Origin: Promethearchaeota archaeon
GTDB lineage: Archaea > Asgardarchaeota > Lokiarchaeia > Sigyniarchaeales > SOKP01
Length of the DNA: 64,000 bases
NCBI GenBank assembly: GCA_048938895.1
Contig: JBHLLU010000020.1
Coordinates: forward strand, 1,082 to 65,081
Direction of reading: 5' to 3'
Shown: positions 59,988 to 64,000 of the stretch, piece after piece
Position numbering within the stretch: position 1 is the stretch's first letter
Layout of the letters: every line of letters starts with the position of its first letter
Program-made: the position numbers and the translations under genes
The notes under the pieces: generated by a model
The model's input: the letters and a program-made list of their open reading frames with translations, nothing else
Told to the model about the DNA's origin: nothing
Databases searched by the model: none

Positions 59988-62333
59988 TTATCTATTAATA
60001 AAGGACATATCAAGAGCTTCTTGAAGTTTATTAACAATATTTTTTAGATCCTTGATAAGTGGATGAATTTCTTGAGCAAGATCTGGATCTAGGTTAATCG
60101 CTTTTTCTATATTTATAATAGCATTATGGTAGTCTTTTTTATCAAAATAAGTAGTTCCCATAAAAAACCACGCCTTAGCATAATCGGGATTTAATTTAGT
60201 TGCTCTTGAATAATGCTCAATAGCGGTTTCATACTCCTTTATCTGTTTATATATATTTCCAAGATTATACCATCCTATAGAATAGTTTGGATCTATTTTT
60301 ACTGCTTCTTCAAGATATTCTAAAGCGTTATCATAATCTTTTTTAGCTTCATATGTTAATCCTGTAAGGTTCAAAGATTCAATATGGTTTTTATCATATG
60401 ACAATGCTTTTTGAAGATTTTCTATCGCAGCTTCATATTTCTTTTTCTGGATGTATGCGAGACTAATGTAAAAGTACCCTTCTACAAATTTTTCATCTAA
60501 TTCAATTGCTTTTCTTCCATTTTCGATTGCTAAATCATAGTTTTTATTGATAATTTCAAATTTTGCTCTATTAATAAGCTCTCTTTTGTAACTCTCTTTT
60601 ACCAAACCTTTATTTTTAATATCTGGTTCTTCCATCATATCATTTACTTTTAAGGCTCTTTCATAAAAGCTAAAAGCTTCCTCATAAGCTTTCTTGTTTG
60701 CGAGTTGATTGCCTTGTTCAATTAATAATTTAATTTCTTCTGAGTGAACATTATCAATCAATTTTTTGATTTTGCTCATTTCTTCAACTCTTCGATTATC
60801 ATCTTCTATAGATTTGGCATACTCTAATCTTTTCCTTAATTTCTCAATTTCTTTTTCTTTTTCTTTCTGTTCTTCTGTGAGCTTTCCTTCTCCAATAAGA
60901 AGCCCAACTTCCGCATCATAAATTAAACTTTTGATTATATTCACTTGCTTTTCCATCTCTTCAGTAAGATACATTTTATCGGTTTGATTCAATGCTTCAT
61001 TAAAAACTTCAATTGCTTTCTCAAATTCATTATTCTCTGCTAAAGTTTTTCCTTCGTTAACAACTTTTTTTATTTCTACAGAATAGATTTTATTAATTAA
61101 ATTCTTTAGTTCCTCGAGTTCAGCATTTTCTTCTTCTGCATAAGTCATACGCTTTGCAAGGCTTAACGCTATATATACCTCGTTAATAGCTTCCTCATAT
61201 TTTTGTTGTCCAATTAATTGTATTGCTTTATCTTTTATGCTATTTATTCCTGGTAAACAAGCTTTATTGATTAAATCATTAATCTTCTTCAATTCAATAT
61301 TCTTTTTTTCTGACTCTATCATTGTCTTTCCAATATCGAGTGCTCTTTCAAATACATCGATAGCTTGATTTATCATTGAATTCGATTCCTTAAAATTTTC
61401 TCTTTTTGTAATTGCAATTCCTTCATCCACAATGGGATTTATACGTTTTATGTAAATAGGATTCATTAGCTCTGCAATTATACTTATTTCAAGTTTCTTT
61501 AAATCTGAATCATACATTTTTTTCGCAATTATTAATGCTTTGTCTAACTCTGTAATAGCCTTCTCAGTTGAGCCTTGCTCTAATAAATTATTACCTTGTT
61601 CAACAAGGGGTTTAATCTGATTAGAATACATTTCATTTGTTTGATTTTTTAGATTGACTACTTCCGTTTTTTTGGTATCTGAGGGGAAAGATTGTTCAAT
61701 ATAATTTTTAGCTTGTTCAAACAACTCAATTGCCTCTTCAAATTGACCAGATTGTTTTAATTCAGCTCCCTTTTCTAAAATTTGCCTAACTTGCGATTCA
61801 TATGTCTTTTTAATTTCTTCATTAATTTTGGATATATTTCCCTTTTTACCCTCTACATTTTGAATTTTTTCTGCAATTGCTAATCCTTCATTAAATACTT
61901 CAGCAGCATCATCAAGTTTTTTATCCTCTTCCCTTAATTTAATTCCTTTAACGATTAAATCTTGAATATCGATCTCACTTATTAATTCATTTATTTCCTG
62001 TTTTTCCACATTTTTAAGTTCTTCATCATCTATTTTCTCACTTATTCTTAGTGCATTCTTAAAATTTAATCTTGCTTGTTCATATTCCCTTTGAGATGTC
62101 AATCGAATTGATTCCTGGATAATATTATTTATCTCTACTGAATATGTCTGGTTTATTGCGTTTCTTATATTCGCAATCTCTATCTTTTTATCATTAAGAT
62201 CATCAACTTTAATATTAATAAAATTTAGAGCGTGTTCGAACTTATCAATGGCTTTCTGGAATTTATTCTTATCTTTTAACGCATTAGCTTCTTCAATAAT
62301 TTGATTTAATTTTTTTAAAACAGATGGCTTCAT
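59988..62333 (-). CDS. Large tetratricopeptide-repeat/alpha-solenoid protein
   Basis: Repeated YEEAI..F/Y.KAL motifs; canonical C-terminal TPRs (WYNLGNIY, AWFFMG, DP/NP turns). Confidence 0.9.
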   Translation of the reverse strand: MKPSVLKKLNQIIEEANALKDKNKFQKAIDKFEHALNFINIKVDDLNDKKIEIANIRNAINQTYSVEINNIIQESIRLTSQREYEQARLNFKNALRISEKIDDEELKNVEKQEINELISEIDIQDLIVKGIKLREEDKKLDDAAEVFNEGLAIAEKIQNVEGKKGNISKINEEIKKTYESQVRQILEKGAELKQSGQFEEAIELFEQAKNYIEQSFPSDTKKTEVVNLKNQTNEMYSNQIKPLVEQGNNLLEQGSTEKAITELDKALIIAKKMYDSDLKKLEISIIAELMNPIYIKRINPIVDEGIAITKRENFKESNSMINQAIDVFERALDIGKTMIESEKKNIELKKINDLINKACLPGINSIKDKAIQLIGQQKYEEAINEVYIALSLAKRMTYAEEENAELEELKNLINKIYSVEIKKVVNEGKTLAENNEFEKAIEVFNEALNQTDKMYLTEEMEKQVNIIKSLIYDAEVGLLIGEGKLTEEQKEKEKEIEKLRKRLEYAKSIEDDNRRVEEMSKIKKLIDNVHSEEIKLLIEQGNQLANKKAYEEAFSFYERALKVNDMMEEPDIKNKGLVKESYKRELINRAKFEIINKNYDLAIENGRKAIELDEKFVEGYFYISLAYIQKKKYEAAIENLQKALSYDKNHIESLNLTGLTYEAKKDYDNALEYLEEAVKIDPNYSIGWYNLGNIYKQIKEYETAIEHYSRATKLNPDYAKAWFFMGTTYFDKKDYHNAIINIEKAINLDPDLAQEIHPLIKDLKNIVNKLQEALDMSFINR

Positions 62334-62454
62334 TTGATATCTCCTACAGTTTAATCCTTAGAATTATTTCATAATTATAATACTTTTCTTATAAACCTTT
62401 TATTTATTAAAATCTCAGTATAAATAACTTACTCTAATTAATATCACAAGAAGA

Positions 62455-63033
62455 ATGCCCAAAGAAATTTTAATAAAGACCTATCCTACTATCGCTTGTT
62501 GCGGATTAGATTGTGGATTATGTCCTACATACTATACAAAAGGACCTTCTAAATGCCCAGGATGCTGTGGTCCAAATTTCGCAATTAAACATCCCTCATG
62601 CTCGATAATAACTTGTTGCGTCAAAAAAAATAAGTTTGAGACCTGTGCTGAATGTTCTGAGTTTCCTTGTCAGAAGTTAAAAGATTGGGACAAAATTGAT
62701 TCCTTTATATGTCATAGAGTCTCCCTTTCTAACTTATATTCAATACAAAGTGATGGTATGGAAGAGTTCATCAAACAACAACAAGAACGGATAAAATTTC
62801 TTGAAAATATGTTAGAAAACTTTGATGAAGGTAGATCAAAAAGTTTTTACTGCCTTGCTACTGCCCTACTCTCTTTGGAGGATTTAGAATTTGCATTAAA
62901 AAAGAGTAATGAGCAAATAAAGCGTGAAGAAATAGAACTAAATAATCTAAAACCCAAATCAAAAATTTTAAAAGCTTATTGCAATCAGTTTGCAGAGAAA
63001 AAGAAAATACAATTAAAACTAAAAAAAGGATAA
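62455..63033 (+). CDS. DUF3795-like Cys-rich protein
   Basis: ACCGLDCGLCP, CPGC, CSIITCC, TCAECSEFPC. Confidence 0.8.
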   Translation: MPKEILIKTYPTIACCGLDCGLCPTYYTKGPSKCPGCCGPNFAIKHPSCSIITCCVKKNKFETCAECSEFPCQKLKDWDKIDSFICHRVSLSNLYSIQSDGMEEFIKQQQERIKFLENMLENFDEGRSKSFYCLATALLSLEDLEFALKKSNEQIKREEIELNNLKPKSKILKAYCNQFAEKKKIQLKLKKG

Positions 63034-63100
63034 CTTTAAAAATAAAGTAAAAAGATATCATTAACAAAAATGTAAGTTTTTTTTCTTTTTCAAGAAAAAG

Positions 63101-63469
63101 GTGAAAGCAATGGAATCAGGTCGTGGTTCAATTTTAAGCAAATCTTATATGAAGTTTTTTCTTGTGGCTATGATTTTTATGGGTACAGGAATTACTTTAC
63201 TTACAGTAAGAGGCTTATTTATAATATATGCGGATCCGGGGTCTCCAGGTGAGTATGAATTTTACGCTAATTTTGCAAATACAATTTATATTCTTGCCAT
63301 GTTATTTGTACAATTAGGATTTGTAATGTTTTTATTTTCCTCATTTTGGGGCGCTATGGCTGATGGGACACTTTCAGAAAGTATTAGAAGAGGTATGGTT
63401 TATACCGCTGGCATTATAATTATCGCACTAGCATTAATAATGCTGTTCGGGGGCATATATATTATTTAA
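63101..63469 (+). CDS. Hypothetical 3-TM membrane protein
   Basis: Three hydrophobic segments. Confidence 0.65.
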   Translation: MKAMESGRGSILSKSYMKFFLVAMIFMGTGITLLTVRGLFIIYADPGSPGEYEFYANFANTIYILAMLFVQLGFVMFLFSSFWGAMADGTLSESIRRGMVYTAGIIIIALALIMLFGGIYII

Positions 63470-63580
63470 TCTTAATAAGTTTTTTTTACTTTAATTTTTT
63501 TTATTTTTTATTAAGGGTTTTAAATCTTTGAAAGATTTTTTTTACTACCTTAACTTTTTAGAGAAGATGTGAAATTTCTT

Positions 63581-64000
63581 ATGAATGCAGAAAAGTTACA
63601 AAGAAAAATATTTTATGGTGGATCAATTATCACCATGAATCCAAAGCAACCTTTTGTAGATGCTATAGGAATTGAAGCGGATAAAATAATTTCAGTAGGA
63701 ACAATAGAAGATGTAAAAAAAATTTTGGAACCTGATTATGACATAGTTGATCTAAATGACAAAACACTCCTTCCTGGTTTTATTGATTCTCATATGCATC
63801 CATTAAGCTTTATGTTTCTTTTATTAAATCTCGATCTTTCTGAAATTAAAAGTCTGGAAGAATTACAAGACATATTGAAGGAAGCGTCAACTAAAAGAAA
63901 CGAAGGGGAATTCATATTAGGGTTGAAATTGAAGGAAGAGGAATTTAATATACCTATATTACCAAATCGATGGGATCTAGATAAGGCTTGTCCTAATAAT
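63581..64000 (+). CDS. Amidohydrolase (YtcJ-like), 3'-truncated by the window edge
   Basis: ATG 63581; IFYGGSIITMNP...IISVGT...VDLNDKTLLPGFIDSHMH metal-binding motif. Confidence 0.88.
   Translation, partial: MNAEKLQRKIFYGGSIITMNPKQPFVDAIGIEADKIISVGTIEDVKKILEPDYDIVDLNDKTLLPGFIDSHMHPLSFMFLLLNLDLSEIKSLEELQDILKEASTKRNEGEFILGLKLKEEEFNIPILPNRWDLDKACPNN

Noticed and set aside
2138-63067. Many other short overlapping or antisense ORFs in the track (e.g. 2138-2446, 21870-22226, 24918-25229, 38578-38883, 51935-52237)
   Set aside because: They overlap well-supported genes and show no motifs or SD signals.
1-64000. CRISPR arrays, transposases, integrases, rRNA or tRNA genes
   Set aside because: No regularly spaced repeats or characteristic motifs were seen by eye; short or intron-split tRNAs cannot be fully excluded without tRNAscan.

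Overview
AT-rich (roughly 30% GC by eye), gene-dense archaeal DNA, most likely from an Asgard archaeon (Lokiarchaeia/Promethearchaeota-like). This is inferred from longin and longin-roadblock proteins, an OSTC/DC2-like oligosaccharyltransferase subunit, a GRAM/PH-like protein, GGTGA-type SD motifs and large paralog expansions. About 40 kb (8.8-48.6 kb) is a lipid/acyl-CoA catabolic island. It holds five paralogous VAO-type (GlcD/AGPS-like) FAD oxidoreductases, two GlcF/HdrD-like Fe-S partners, two FadH-like flavoenzymes, two SCP-x-type thiolases, two SCP2 proteins, a DUF35 protein, an AMACR-like CaiB enzyme, several CoA ligases, crotonases and four SDRs. Flanking it are a Cys-rich MarR-small ORF-arsM arsenic module with a clear operator palindrome, a DsrEFH-like trio and assorted housekeeping or hypothetical genes. 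Features beyond the ORF track: (1) paralog alignment indicates non-canonical AUU/AUC/AUA initiation; (2) a 134-bp near-perfect inverted repeat between two divergent oxidoreductase genes, plus other gene-conversion-like patches; (3) a 116-nt structured intergenic element with a 12-bp terminal stem; (4) unannotated micro-ORFs; (5) two gene relics. No rRNA, tRNA, CRISPR array or transposase was recognised. All assignments come from reading motifs by eye; no database searches were run.
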